Source: Girardia tigrina (lineage: Eukaryota). Taken from it: DNA of 64,000 bases. How positions within the stretch are numbered: the stretch's first letter is position 1; each line of letters begins with the position of its first letter. The translations under genes and the position numbers were made by a program. The stretch is from contig MQRK01217781.1 of the NCBI GenBank assembly GCA_001938485.1, positions 21,397-85,396 on the forward strand, written 5' to 3'. Below, in pieces: positions 13,416 to 26,363 of this stretch. A model generated the notes under the pieces. The model was not told the origin of the DNA, made no database searches, and worked only from the letters and a program-made list of their open reading frames with translations.

Positions 13416-16091
13416 CCATATTACTTCGATTTAACCTTTTCTTTCATAGTGTTGTTTTACAACAACATTAAGTTTATTAGCTGAGGAATTTTAAGCAACA
13501 GAAATTCCGCTATCTATTTTAGTGTTGTGCTGCAACAACATTGCGAATATTTATATTGATTTAGGGAAACTTGAATGAATTAATTTTATGTTTTCAAGCT
13601 TGGAGTGTAATTAAAATTAACATGTAAGTTTAAGAATTATAATTTTATTTTTTATTGATGGTATATATATATTATTCAAATACATAGTTTTCTGAGAATA
13701 AAAAATATGATCCATATTATTTGAACCTTTACTTTTGATTGCAATTAATAACATTTTGCAATTAATAAATAATACCACATGTAAAAAATATAATGTATTT
13801 TATTAAAGTTGTTCACAAACAACATTGCGATGATTTGGATTCTCATTTGATAACATTTATTTAAATTTTTACATTTTAGAATGGCATCCCGTTATAGTTT
13901 GCGAGCTTCTCGTGCAAGTGTGACAGATTTCAGGCAACTAATGGCACGTGGTGTTCTGATACTACCAGAAAATACAGGACAAAGGGATGAATACATTGAG
14001 GATGTTATTGACGATGTTGACGATGATATAGAGGAGCATGAAAGTGAGAATGAACCTCAAGAAGATAAAGAGAATGAACGAGTTTACCGTTGGAGAAGGG
14101 GAATTTCTACACTTCCTGTTAACACACAATTTACTGGAAATAATGAGCTAATAGTTGTTGATGTGAAAGAGCCTTCAGAATACTTTCGTGAATATTTTAC
14201 TCAAGAAGTTTTTAAACATTTGGTTGAACAAACAAACTTATATTCTGTTCAGAAAGGTGGAAAAAGTATAAAAACAGATGAACAAGAAATTGAGCAATTT
14301 ATTGGACAGCTACTATTCATGGGATTTCATAAATTGCCCTCCTATCGAATGTACTGGTCTCCTGAAACACGAATCGAGTCTGTAGCTGGGGTTTTAAGTT
14401 TGAAGAGGTTTGAGACATTGAAGAGATATTTTCACGTGAATGATAACTCTAAAATTCCCGATAATAAACCTGATCGCCTGTACAAAGTTCGACCACTTTT
14501 GGATTCAGTTTTTAAAGTCTGTCAGTCTAAAACTCCCAAAGAATATAATTCAATTGATGAACAAATGATACCTACTAAAAGTAGGACAGATATGTAGCAG
14601 TACCTTCCTAAAAAGCCCAAAAAATGAGGAATTTAAGTTTTTGCAAGAGCCAGTACCGATGGAATGGTCCATAACTTTGAAGTATATGGGTATTTGAAAA
14701 GGATGCCAAAGAATCAACGGCTGATATTGTTGTACGGCTATGTGAATTTCTGCCATAAAAACGTTGGACACAAGCTTGTTTTCGATCAGTATTTTCACAC
14801 CTTGGATTTAGTAATTCATCTGAAAAATAGTGGATATCACTTGCTGGGAACAATGCAGTCTATAAGAATGAAAGGAGCTCAAAAAATACTTCTTTCAGAA
14901 AAAGAGCTGAAACAGAAGGGCCGTGGTTCAATGGATTCGGTTATTGATGCCAATTCTGGAGTAGTTCTTGTCCGATGGTCGGACAATGGACTAGTGCAAA
15001 CTATATTAACGTTTTTACCACCAGAGAAAGGCACTGACTGCAATAGATGGTCTTCTCGAGAAAAAGAATATGTAATTGTCCAACGTTCTAAGTCAATAGA
15101 AGCCTACAATAAGAACATGGTAGGTGTTGACCTCAATGATAAGTTAATGACACTTTACAGATTACGGCTGGGCACAAAGAAGTTCTACATACATGTAGTA
15201 TACGTTTGCTTGAATTTGGCTGTTATCAATTCTTGGCTCCAGTACCGAAGAGACTGCATACAACTTGATATCCAAAAAAAACAACAGTTCAGCCTTTTGA
15301 AGTTTCATTGTTCCATAGCTGACTACTTGTTAAAATACAAAAAACAAAATCAAACCTCAGTGGAAGGCAATCTTCATCTTCAAATAATTCTAATTTGTCT
15401 AAAAAAAGCAAAACTAACGCTGCTGAGCCGATACTTGGTAAAGAAATTAGAAATGATGAAAAATGCCATTTTCCATTATTTGATCAACAATTGCAACACA
15501 GATGCCGCTTTTGCAAAAAGGTTATACATATGTCAAATGCTATAAATGTAATATTTTGTATGCCTATTATCATCTCGTAACTGCTTTTATGACTTTCAAC
15601 ATGAATAATGATTGTTTCTGTTGCATTTTTATTGTAAAAATACTAACGTATTATTTTAAATGTAAGTTATTTTCATTTTAATATATGCAACTCATTATAT
15701 GTATACATTTTAAATTATTTATGTGAATTTCTAATTTTCGCAATGTTGTGCATGAACAGCATTCTTATAAATCGATAAATCAATAATCGATTATGTAATA
15801 CATTAAAAGTATGATATATGGGTCCCAAACAAGTCTCATGAATATGTTTAAAAATTTTGTTAATAAGATCTCATAATTTGGGAAATAAAGGGTTAACACC
15901 GCGGCCTTTATTTCAAATGCTGATTCCGAAGGTGCGGTATATATATTTTTTCCATCACAAATATAATTTTCAAGATTTTTTAGTTTAAAGACAAGTGAAA
16001 GGTTTTTTTAAAAAGAGAAAAAAATCATAAAAAAACGGCGTTTATTACAAAATATCGCATAAGGATGCGGCGTTAAATCGAAGTAATACGG
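13416..16091. mobile_element. TA-flanked Tc1/mariner/pogo-type MITE whose left TIR is split by the piggyBac
   Basis: Left end TA|ccatattacttcgatTTAA...caccgc; right end gcggcgttaaatcgaagtaatacgg|TA. Confidence 0.8.
13435..15892 (+). mobile_element. Full-length piggyBac (PGBD2/3-like) transposon, transposase inactivated
   Basis: TTAA TSDs at 13431-34 and 15893-96, with TIRs ccttttctttc / gaaataaaggg. Motifs include LVEQTNLYS, RFETLKRYFH, LYKVRP, SIDEQMIP, FDQYF, WSDN and YNKNMVGVDLND, plus a Cys-rich tail in another frame. Stops and frameshifts near 14597-14660 and 15360. Confidence 0.93.
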
Positions 16092-16965
16092 TATTTTCCA
16101 AAAAAGTTATTCGAAAAAATGTTCATTCGAAGAATTTATTATTCGAAGAAATCGTTTTCAAAGAACTCATTTTCGAAGAAAGTTTCGGATAACATTATAA
16201 CACAGTAATTGTGTGAAAGTTAGTAACAATGGTTATTCTTAGGTGTTTAGGAGTTAGTTTTCGTTTATTTGAATCGATTCAATCGCCACAGTAATAAAAA
16301 TAGCAATTGACGATATTTATGTTCTGACTTGACATTCCGTTAATAAAACTTTCGGAAAATGTATCAATGAAAAGAATATAATTAAACTTATTGATAAAAG
16401 ATTCTGTTTTGAATGTTAGAAAAATTTCACAATTCCCTGTCTCAATGGATTGACATAGGAAGGCCTGGCTCCGTATGGTTGTCAGGGTGCGATCGTTTCA
16501 GGGAGATGGATCACACAGTTTGAACGAGAGGGGACAAGATGTTTTCTTTTTCACATATCCACGAGGCTGGGAATTATGACTAGGGCTACGGAACGTAGCA
16601 ACGGCGCTACTCAAGCTACTCTGGGATCAATAAAATTTAATATAAAGATTTTGATAATTATTTGTGAAATTTAACATTTCTTTAATGATTTAAATAGAGA
16701 TTTTTGAAGAATACTATCCCACAAACAATTTGAAACTTGAAAACAAATGATTGTGGGGTAAAATTGATTATATTTTTCTCAGTTTTTCTAATGAAACCTA
16801 AATTTGTGATATTTCATTGTTTTTGTAGGGTACTTCGTATTAGAATCATGTTTATATTTTTGTTTATTTTCTACATAAAGTGAAATATTTTTGAATGATA
16901 CTCAAAGCGATAAGGAAAATCGTATTTCTAAAAATATACAATAATTATTTTTATTTAAATTTGTA

Positions 16966-18612
16966 TTAAATGTTGCATTTTAAGTTTTCTAATGCCTTGA
17001 ATTTATTTTTCAAACGATTTAGTATATCTTGAAACAATTTGTATTCATGTGATTCGAACTTAATAGTTTCCTCTAAAACATGAAGTGTATGTTGTAAAGT
17101 TTTAAGAAATTTGGCCACATGAACTTGGACATTGGTTGACAAATCCGAAATATTATTTATATTTCTGAATTCTTTTTCCAGAATTCCTAAAAGTACTAAT
17201 ATATTGTAAACGTTATCCATAAGGGGTTTATAAATGTTTTTAAGGTTATAGTTGTAATGAAATGTATCGGAATAATCAAAGAAATAATTTACATAGTTGA
17301 TGAATCTGAAGTAAAAATAGTAATCCGAGAAATGTTTAATTATTGATTCTGTTTGACTTTTGATTAGGTCTTCCTTATGGAATATTAAAATGGTTTTGAT
17401 AGATTGAATAATAGTGGTTTTCATTGGAAGGTTGCTATTAAAATCTTTTTTATTGCACTCCATTAAAAGTATCTGAAACTGTTCAATAACTTTTTCAATG
17501 TTGGGTTTGTTGACAAAGTCATTAAACATATTTAAAACGAAAGTCTTTACTTGATTTACCAATCTTTCACCGATTATTTCTCTTTTACTCATTAAGTGAT
17601 CCAATATTCGATGATTTTGTTCTCCATCTGGTTCTCCACAAACATTATACCTTAAATCCAAAATTTCTGTATTGTCAAAAGGACAGCATCCTAGAAATAT
17701 TACGTTTCCCAAAATGCACCGAGAACATATTTTATGAGAACATGATGAAAATGAACCATAAAAATCCCAATTTTCAATAGCTAGCAGACAAATGAGGCAT
17801 TTTTTAAAATCAGTTGGATCCATTTCCGGTTGAAATTTAAGATAAAGTTGATTATTATTTCGTACAAATGAAACTACCAAAACCGATACAATTTTTAACA
17901 CCTCTTTCATTTTTTCGATATCATTTTTAATGTTTTCTATGATTTCTTGAATTAGCTGTTTTGAGAGGGTCGCTTCCGACGGAATTCCTTTTCTGGAAAA
18001 AGGGAATTGATACTTAAATTTTCTTAAACCCGAGGTTAAATTTTCTGCGAAATAAAAACCATTCATGGGTGCAATCGGTTGCTTATACTTTCTGTGCATA
18101 ATTGTATGGAAAACTGTTTCCTTTGAACAGTGCCAAGGAATTTCTATTAGAGATTTATAGATCGCTTTTTCAGTTTCAAAAGTCATTTGGAGAAGATTAG
18201 AGAATTCCTCTTTTGTGATTTTTTCATTTTGATTTAGCCACTTTTTAAAAAGTATTTTTGATTTGTGCAGTAATTCGATTGAATAAGAAAGAGGTTTGTG
18301 GAACATTGAAAGACATATAGAAAGATTGGTTTCTATTTCTTTGATTATTTGCTCGGGATTTTCTATTAACACTTTATATTGGTATTGGGAAACTGTTTTA
18401 GTATCATCTTTTTTGCCATTACAAAATCGAGTAACATGCCTTAATGGTTGTCTATCAAAAGGACAAGAAGTATTTTCTTGAAACAAAATTTCTTTTGAAC
18501 ATTTCAGACAACAAATATGATGACATTTTTCAAATTGCAAGAAAGTATTTTCAAGATAAAAATCAAAACATAAGGGACACTGATTTTCATCGATATCTAG
18601 TTTATCATTCAT
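16966..18612 (-). CDS. Intronless protein with two RING-type zinc fingers, putative E3 ubiquitin ligase (about 548 aa from the first ATG)
   Basis: CPLC..CHHICCLKC..CPFD and CLIC..CSHKICSRC..CPFD, each followed by a long helical region. The ORF is uninterrupted for 1.6 kb in AT-rich DNA. Confidence 0.8.
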   Translation of the reverse strand: MNDKLDIDENQCPLCFDFYLENTFLQFEKCHHICCLKCSKEILFQENTSCPFDRQPLRHVTRFCNGKKDDTKTVSQYQYKVLIENPEQIIKEIETNLSICLSMFHKPLSYSIELLHKSKILFKKWLNQNEKITKEEFSNLLQMTFETEKAIYKSLIEIPWHCSKETVFHTIMHRKYKQPIAPMNGFYFAENLTSGLRKFKYQFPFSRKGIPSEATLSKQLIQEIIENIKNDIEKMKEVLKIVSVLVVSFVRNNNQLYLKFQPEMDPTDFKKCLICLLAIENWDFYGSFSSCSHKICSRCILGNVIFLGCCPFDNTEILDLRYNVCGEPDGEQNHRILDHLMSKREIIGERLVNQVKTFVLNMFNDFVNKPNIEKVIEQFQILLMECNKKDFNSNLPMKTTIIQSIKTILIFHKEDLIKSQTESIIKHFSDYYFYFRFINYVNYFFDYSDTFHYNYNLKNIYKPLMDNVYNILVLLGILEKEFRNINNISDLSTNVQVHVAKFLKTLQHTLHVLEETIKFESHEYKLFQDILNRLKNKFKALENLKCNI

Positions 18613-18939
18613 TTTAAAATGAATTATAATTATATAAAAATATATAAACAAAATAGTTAGAAAATTATTGCATAATAAATAATTAGGGAAAGGAATAATG
18701 AATATTTAACTTATCTGTTATTTCACTTTTCAACCCTTACCTTTTCAAGAGAGAATACAGTCACATAATCTATGATTGAAAGTTAGAGTCCTCCACTTTG
18801 CATGAATATTTGTACGTAAACTTTCTGCAATTATTCAGGATTGAGTTTAACAACTCTTTCATTTAAAACTATTTTTCCTTATAGGGTAATGTTTGTTGCT
18901 TCTCTGTTTTCTAGCAAATTAGTCAGGGTTAAACAACCC

Positions 18940-20487
18940 AACTGTATAAATGTCTCGGAAACAAATCCTTTGCTAGACCAAATTGAGAAACTCACGGATG
19001 CAATAAATCAACCCAAAAGGAGAATCGACAAAAGCGAAAACCAAGACCAGACCGTCATGTACTATTATCACCGCAGATTCGGTCACAAAGCACAGAAATG
19101 TCTTAAACCATGTAACTGGAAAAAACACAGATCTTCGGAAAAAGTCAAAGTTTCGGCGTGAAACCGGTAAGGTATCTTCAATTTTTACTGTTCCAGCCAC
19201 CGCAAACAACAAGGTACTTTACTTTCTCGTCGGCACGGGCACCGACGTAAGCATCCTACCCTACAGCCTATTCCAACCCAGCGGCAGATCGGAAACTCAG
19301 AAACTCGTGATGGCAAATGGGCAGGATATCCCTACCTACGGGAGACATACGATCGAATTCGAGTTCACAGGGATACAAAAAAAATTCAAATTGAGCTTTA
19401 TACTGGCCGACGTCCAGAGACCGATTTTATGATCAGACTTCCTTCCTCACGAGGACATCACTGTCAACTGCAAAAGGAATCAAATCTTAACAAGAAACCA
19501 CACTATCTCGGGATCAGCGAAGACATGCCACAACTTCACGCCCTCAGAAACCGAGGTCTCACCAGCATTGAGGATAGAAACAAATGGTTCTACAATCGCC
19601 AGAAACCGAGAAGAATTTGGAATCACATCCTCAGCACGATCCGCGAGGAATTCGATCGCCTATTAGCAGAAGGTACAATTAGAAGAAGCTCGAGCTCCTA
19701 GTCTTCACCTTTAGTGCTCGTCAAGAAACACGACGGGAGCTACCTTCCTTGCGGTGACTGCAGGCTTTTAAATTCTGTAACACGACCAGACAGCTACCCT
19801 CTGCCCAGAATGTCAGACATCCTGGATCGAATTCAACGCTAGATCTAAAGAAAGCGTTTCACCAAATTCCGATTCATGAGACCGACATCCACAAGACGGC
19901 CGTAACGACGCTCTTCGGGCTATTTGAATACACCACCATGCATCTTGGCTTACGCAATGCATCCAAGATGTTTCAAAGATACAAGGATGCTTTGTTTCAC
20001 GGTACTGAAGCCTTCGCAGCCTGCTACATTGATGACATCATCCTATTTTCAGACTCGCTCGAGCAACATGAATAACATCTGTCACATATAATGAACCTAC
20101 TACAACAGAAATCATTAAAAATAAACGAAGATAAATGCAACTTCAGAGCCACCGAAGTTCAATTTCTTGACTTTATGATTTCCAATAGCGGGGTCAAACA
20201 ACTTCAGAAACAAATTGACGACATCGCAAACATCAAAGAACAAAGCGATACAAAAGCACTCTGAAGGTTCCTGAGAACAGCTGTATTTTATCAATGGATG
20301 ATTCCAAAATTATCCGAAACAATGGCTCCACTCCACGATCTGCTCGCTAAATCGGACAGAAACAAGAAAATCACACTGAATGACTCACAAAAACAAGCAT
20401 TTTTCTCAATCAAACCGAAGCTCAACGAAATCACCAATATGGAACCATTCGTTCATAAAAAGGATCTAATTCTTTGCACTGATGCCT
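18940..20487 (+). mobile_element. Degenerate Ty3/gypsy gag-PR-RT-RNaseH fragment (CsRN1-like knuckle)
   Basis: YYHRRFGHKAQKCLKPCNW; protease FLVGTGTDVSILP; RT SPLVLVKKHDGS..YPLP and YIDDIILFS; RNaseH LCTDA. Many stops. Confidence 0.9.
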
Positions 20488-21196
20488 TGGTGATCCAAGA
20501 GCGGGCGCAGTGGTTTTGTGGCTGCGGCGCACCGGCGGCGGGAGCGATTGTCAGGTCGGGGGGGAAATTTAGTACCTTATTATGAGATATAGCTCCTACT
20601 TGGAAAACCTTTTCAACATTTAATTCATACGTGGTACGGTTTCTAGAATCATTGATGACTCTAGGAGTTGATTGATTCATTTATGCAATCCTGTGTTGCG
20701 CTAAGAATACATGAAAGTTCACAACTGAATGTACTGTTTCTTAACTTGAAAGGTTGCTAATGCAATTGATAAAAAACTTTTAGGTTTTCCTCTTTTTTTA
20801 AACTGAACAAAATTATTACACCGTCGACCAAATTTGAAAACTGACAATCAGGTGGTGAAACATCATCTTCAAGAATCAACATCAAACAACCACCATCATC
20901 GTCCAAAATCATTTCCTTCCAAAACGGCCATCTCCGTCATTTTCATTTTGAATATATGTTCCCGTCACGTATAAATGAATTAATGACGACCTCCCACTAC
21001 AACTGCCACAAGGCTCTCCCAGCCGCATTTCAGTTATTCCATATGTTCGTGCCCATTCACGATGGTTAATGAAAGAATCAACACAGTATACAAATTCGTC
21101 AATTTGATTAGACATTTTCGATTCAAAATTCATTCATAGAACAATTCAAAACTTTTATTGACCAAATTGAAAAAAAAACACAATGACGACTTTCGA

Positions 21197-21746
21197 TTTG
21201 GCTGGGGTTTCTTTTGCACCCCCACTTCATTTTATCCTTTTTGAAAAGTATTAGTATCTTACTTTGTGATTGCAAAATAATTTCCGAAAAGGATGTTCCT
21301 GAGCTGAGAAAAATAGGTTTAAAAATGACTTAAAATTTAAAAAACCACCATACCTATAAATATTTAAATAGTTCATTTAAACAAATGTTATTAAAATGTT
21401 TAAAAAATAATTATTTAACTATATTATTAATATATTAGTTTTTATATTAGTTAATTATTAGTTACTATTAGTTATCTATTTTTTAATATATTTTTTAAAT
21501 AATATAACAACGATTTTATGATTTTAGTGAAAATTTTTAATAACATTTTAATAACATTTGTTTAAATGAACTATTCAAATATTTATAGGTAAGGCGTTTT
21601 TTTAAATTTCAAGTTAATTTTAAACCTCTTTTTCTCAGCCCGGGAAGGTTTTTTTTGGAAGATGCTTGTTAAGTATAACGTAAGTAACATATATTATTTC
21701 AAAAATCTTAAAATGAAGTGGGGGTGCAAAAGAAACCCCAGCCAAA
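21197..21746. mobile_element. Foldback/MITE, about 550 bp, almost entirely palindromic
   Basis: Perfect terminal inverted repeat tttggctggggtttcttttgcacccccacttcatttt, with complementarity continuing to the centre. Confidence 0.9.
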
Positions 21747-21859
21747 ACATTAAAAACTAATTGTAGTGCATCTCAATACATCTAGTTGACATTTAAATGA
21801 CAATCCTGTCGGCTATTGATTTAAAAAACGGTTGTATCTTGAGTTTAGTACGTATGTTG

Positions 21860-24800
21860 ATGAATCACGACCACGTTATTCCGAGCATTAGAGGTCCGGA
21901 GATTTTTGATGGATCAGAAACAAAATTTGAGATATTCATAACGAGCATTAACAGGTATGCGAAGATAATGGGATTTTCAGAGGAGAGGAAAATCTTATTA
22001 ACAACACCATATATGACTCCGGATGTCATAATAAAATATGAAGCAGCGGCAGGTGAAATATGTGAAGAGAAACTAAGATCCGCGTTTTCAAAGGAAAAAT
22101 CTATCCTGGATCTAATGAAGGAACTGGTAGAAATGAGAATTGGATCCAGCGATCCAACAGTAACATTTAGAAAGGCTGAGGAAATCACTGAAAAGTTAAT
22201 TGAGAAAAGTTAGGTAAAAAATAACTATCAAATTTGGTCTACGCTAATCCGATAGATGATGAGAACGTACAGAAAGAAATAGCTGTTAGAGGTGTCAAGA
22301 AATCTGAAGAGATTGAAAATATTCAAACGAGAATGTTCGAATATGATAAAAAAAAGCTCCTGTAGTGGCATATAACACAAAAAGAGAAAATGAATGGAGA
22401 ACAGTGGAAAATAAAAAAAGAACACCAAGACCACAGAACGAGAAATTCATAGAACAAGAAACAAGAAGAAATTTTAAAGTGCGAAAAATTACCTGTTGGG
22501 CATGCCACGAAGAAGGACATGTTAGAAAAGAGTGCCCAAACGTGAAGTGTAGTCATTTGTCACGACCCCTTCGAGTGGAAACATTTTTGATAGGTCATGA
22601 GCCCCCAGTGGTTATTAAGGGTCAACCACAACCCAATATAGTGAGGTTATTTATAAGCGGGTCGGACGCCTCTTCTTACTCGACATCTGACTAGCAGTGC
22701 CAAGCTCGAAGGGCCTTCGGGTTCTGTTCAAGATAGGATAGGCTCCGGGCCCCCCACCTTGGTCAGTAACGATAGGGGTATGTGATATATTCCTTTGATG
22801 TACGTGTCGCTCATGTCTGTTCAATGTAATCGATATGTTCAAGTAGCGGCACTGTTGTGTCTTGTGACATTACTACATCGGGTTTACCTGAAATGAAGTC
22901 TTGTTACACTGTAAGAATCCCTCTGTATTGTTATTATTATATTTTATCGTACAGGATTATCAAGTAATTTCGCGTCAAGGTATGTCCTTATAATCAATTT
23001 ATTTATCAGTACCTCACTATAACCTTGTCATGCTGGTAATTTTATTATCATAATTTTAACAAAACTTTGTAATGATTATAATTCCTTGCTGAAAAGAATT
23101 TACGTGCCAAAATGTCATTATTGATAAATTATCATAGAATCAGAAACTACTAAATGATTAATGGTTTATCTGCGCACATCTATCAGTAGACTGGTGCTAT
23201 ATTCAGTGACAAATTAAAACAAATCTAAATCGATTGGGCAGGATATTTGTTCTCAACTACCTTAAAATTATTATTCTCTTCGACTGACTAGTGTGTTGCC
23301 CCAACTCTCTTCTCGAAGTCGCGAACGAGATAAATCTATTTTTAGTAAAAGATGGTTATCTATTAGCGATCGATGACATCCAATACCCAATTCCCCTGAA
23401 ATCTTATCTGTCAATTTACTGTGGCATGTCTATGCGGATGATTGGGATTTATCACTTTATATCGATTGTTTCGTGTCATCATATTCAACGCTATATCAAC
23501 AACAGGTTTCTTATTATAGTAGCTCTGAAAACAAAATCATGAATTATATTTATATTAAACAGGTTATCATGCTATTAGTTCCACACATAAATATTTTACA
23601 ATCCGCCCTCATTTACTGACCGAATCGAATCATAGAGTCGCCATTGTATTCATTTCCACCTAATGCGATCGGGTCTGGTGCATAACTCGACTGCACGGAC
23701 CTCACATTTGTGACCATCGGGAGTTGCTCATATCCCTTAACGAGATTCTCGTCATCAATGGATTTTATCAAGTCATCTACGACTCCCGAATCTTTCTTAT
23801 CTGAATTATTTGATCTGCAATTATCTTGAGACATTTCCTATGGAACGGCGACTGAGACGACGACGGGCTTAATGTACTTATTAAAACTAAAAGAGTTAGA
23901 AGTTAAATTATTAATATAATTATGAAAACTTGGTCATAGATTTATACATTTATTTTAATAATATCAAAATACGTAATACACAATATGACAGTCACAAAAT
24001 TTACGTTTTGTTTAAACTCGGGCTCTGGAGGTATCTGTTCTCTTCAATGGCTATTTATTCTCGAAATTCTAATCATGCGTTCCTCGTAGAATGATTCATG
24101 TGGATGTTCGTCCCTCCTTTCAAATGTCAGAAATCTATGTAAACTCTCAAATAGCGTTCACGAGTGTAAGTTGCAAGTTCTCAAAGCGTTCTGTAAAGGT
24201 GTCGCTAAAGTGTTCTCTTACTGGTTTGGTTCTGACCCTACTGCAGAACGACTGTTATTTTATATTAGTAATTTTCAAGCTACGGGTGTGCAAAATCGTC
24301 GTGGATATATTCTATTGTCGTATATTAATAATTCTGGATTTTCATTCGCCGGACTTACAATGCATGCCAATTTCTTGACAATTATCTATCATTCTCAGAG
24401 CACATGGTCTATATTAATCACCGGTGATTCATGGTAATTCATAATCATCTGGTGATTCCAGGTTTCGCTGTTGAGTCATGGTAAGTGTTAATTAATTTCT
24501 TTATATTGGTTAATTAATTCTTTCAACTTTACAGGGGTATATCTCTGCTCAGAAAATTTTTTTCGATTCGCGGATTTCGATCGGGGACTTGGTTCGATGA
24601 GAGCTTTCTGGGGAGGTTCGGTTGACCTCATAAGTCTTTCGGGGAGTTCGGTAAGAAACTTTGTTATTTTTCTGGTTCGTATTTAATTAATCTGGTAATT
24701 TTCTCAGACTAATGACTTTCTCAAATTACTGAAAAACTTCTGGTGGGCCGCTATTCAAGGAAAGGAGCCGCTTTGTTCTGTTGTGCCGTTGTTATGTATG

Positions 24801-25260
24801 CTTAAATACATGTATTATTTCTTTTTCTTCCTATCTGTTATGTTTTCTTTTGAGTCAATGCTTTTGTAAGGGGTCATACAAGTTAATGCATTTCGGACCG
24901 CAACACATTGTAATGGAAAATGCTCTTTAAGAACACAGTGTTATGAAAACTCTAATAGGTTTAGGGAGCGGGATCAATGGAAAAGGTATAATGGAAATAG
25001 ACAAAATTACTCGAATCCACGGTATAGAGAACGGTGAACATACACGAATAGGAAATACTCAGTAGCAGAAGTGGACGAACTAGATGATGAATTGTACATA
25101 AGAGAAGAATCTAGAAAAGGAGACTATTCTGAAGGAAAGTATAGAAGAGAAGATGACAAAAGACTGGAATATCCAGGAAGCAACAGAAAATTCAAAAATG
25201 ATCAGAGAAACGAGAATGCACGATCACAGGGAGAAGGGATCAGTGTGCTACAATAGGAAC
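21860..25260 (+). mobile_element. Ty3/gypsy gag remnant (two CCHC knuckles) interrupted by an LTR-like insertion
   Basis: PEIFDGS..FEIFI capsid-like region and CWACHEEGHVRKEC. The second knuckle CSH|CNGK..LRTQC is split at 22557/24906. Confidence 0.75.
22558..24905. mobile_element. Long (2.35 kb) solo-LTR-like insertion
   Basis: Starts TGT and ends ACA, flanked by the 4-bp direct repeat CATT (22554-57 and 24906-09). The TIR tgtcacgacccctt pairs with aaggggtcataca near 24879. Confidence 0.65.
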
Positions 25261-25449
25261 TCAATGTAGATGTATGATTAATTGTATGTATGAATGTGTT
25301 TGATATTGTATGTTTGATGATGTGTTTGAAAATATTTCTCTGAAGATGTGTAGATTAGATAATGAACCTGAAGAAGACAATGAAATATGTGCTAGTATGA
25401 CTATAGAAAATGAGAAAAAGATAAAAAAAGAATGCTAAATATGTACTAA

Positions 25450-25820
25450 ACCTTCCTCCCACATAACGAATGTACTCCGTGGTCCGTTTAAGAGCCTCAT
25501 TTACTTCGCTCGAGGGGCTGTTTCGCACGACGTCAGTGAATTCATCTAACTTCCAGAGACGTTCTATGTCCCTCTCTGCTTCAATTTCTCTGGAGAAGAA
25601 TGTCATACACAGATTGGTTTGTTCTGGTTTTCGACGGCCGGCCATTCTCCCAATGCACGTCCATCCAAGGGGAGTGAGTCATGCAACCGGTTCTCCGGGT
25701 TGGCGGCGGATCTTTTTCAACGATACTTACAAACTTGCATGGTTCGCCCGATCAGGCCGTTCACTCTTTCTTCCTGATCGTGGGAAACCTTATCCTCTTT
25801 AGATGCTCCAATCTCGACTT
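25450..25820 (-). mobile_element. BEL/Pao retrotransposon polyprotein fragment
   Basis: DIERLWKLDEF...EALKRTTEYIRYVGGR resembles the Pao pre-RT motif LERFWELE..GRY. Confidence 0.6.
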
Positions 25821-26363
25821 TTCTTCGCTCCAATCGGTATATACAATTACCATAAAATATATATATATCACCTTTTTATTATTAATTTTTTATTCTTTTA
25901 ATTTTTTTCTCTATTATAAAAAAATCATTTGAAACAAAAATTATTCAAACGAAATCGAACAACTACCATTTATTAAAAATCACATTAATTTGCAGTTATA
26001 AATGAGAAAATGTTGTGTTTGCTGTTTGTATCAGAAATATACATTTTTGTCTGAATTTTTTTTCAATGTTTTTTTGAAAGTTGTAATTAATCCTTTGATT
26101 AAAATTAATCCTTAATAAATCTGTAATTTATATTTGACTAATTAACTATAAAATGAAATCAATATTAGTAACTCATTATTCAGTTCTTTTCTTCCATTTA
26201 TTCTTTTAAAGACACTATTAAATTAATTAAAATTTTAATTCTTGTATTAAAATTGAGTAAATATTTCAAAAGTAATATTTAGAATAATAATTTTTTCTAA
26301 ATTAATATGTATATTCTTTAAATATTCAAACTTTCAAAATCATTTTCGGCGAAATTTTAAATT

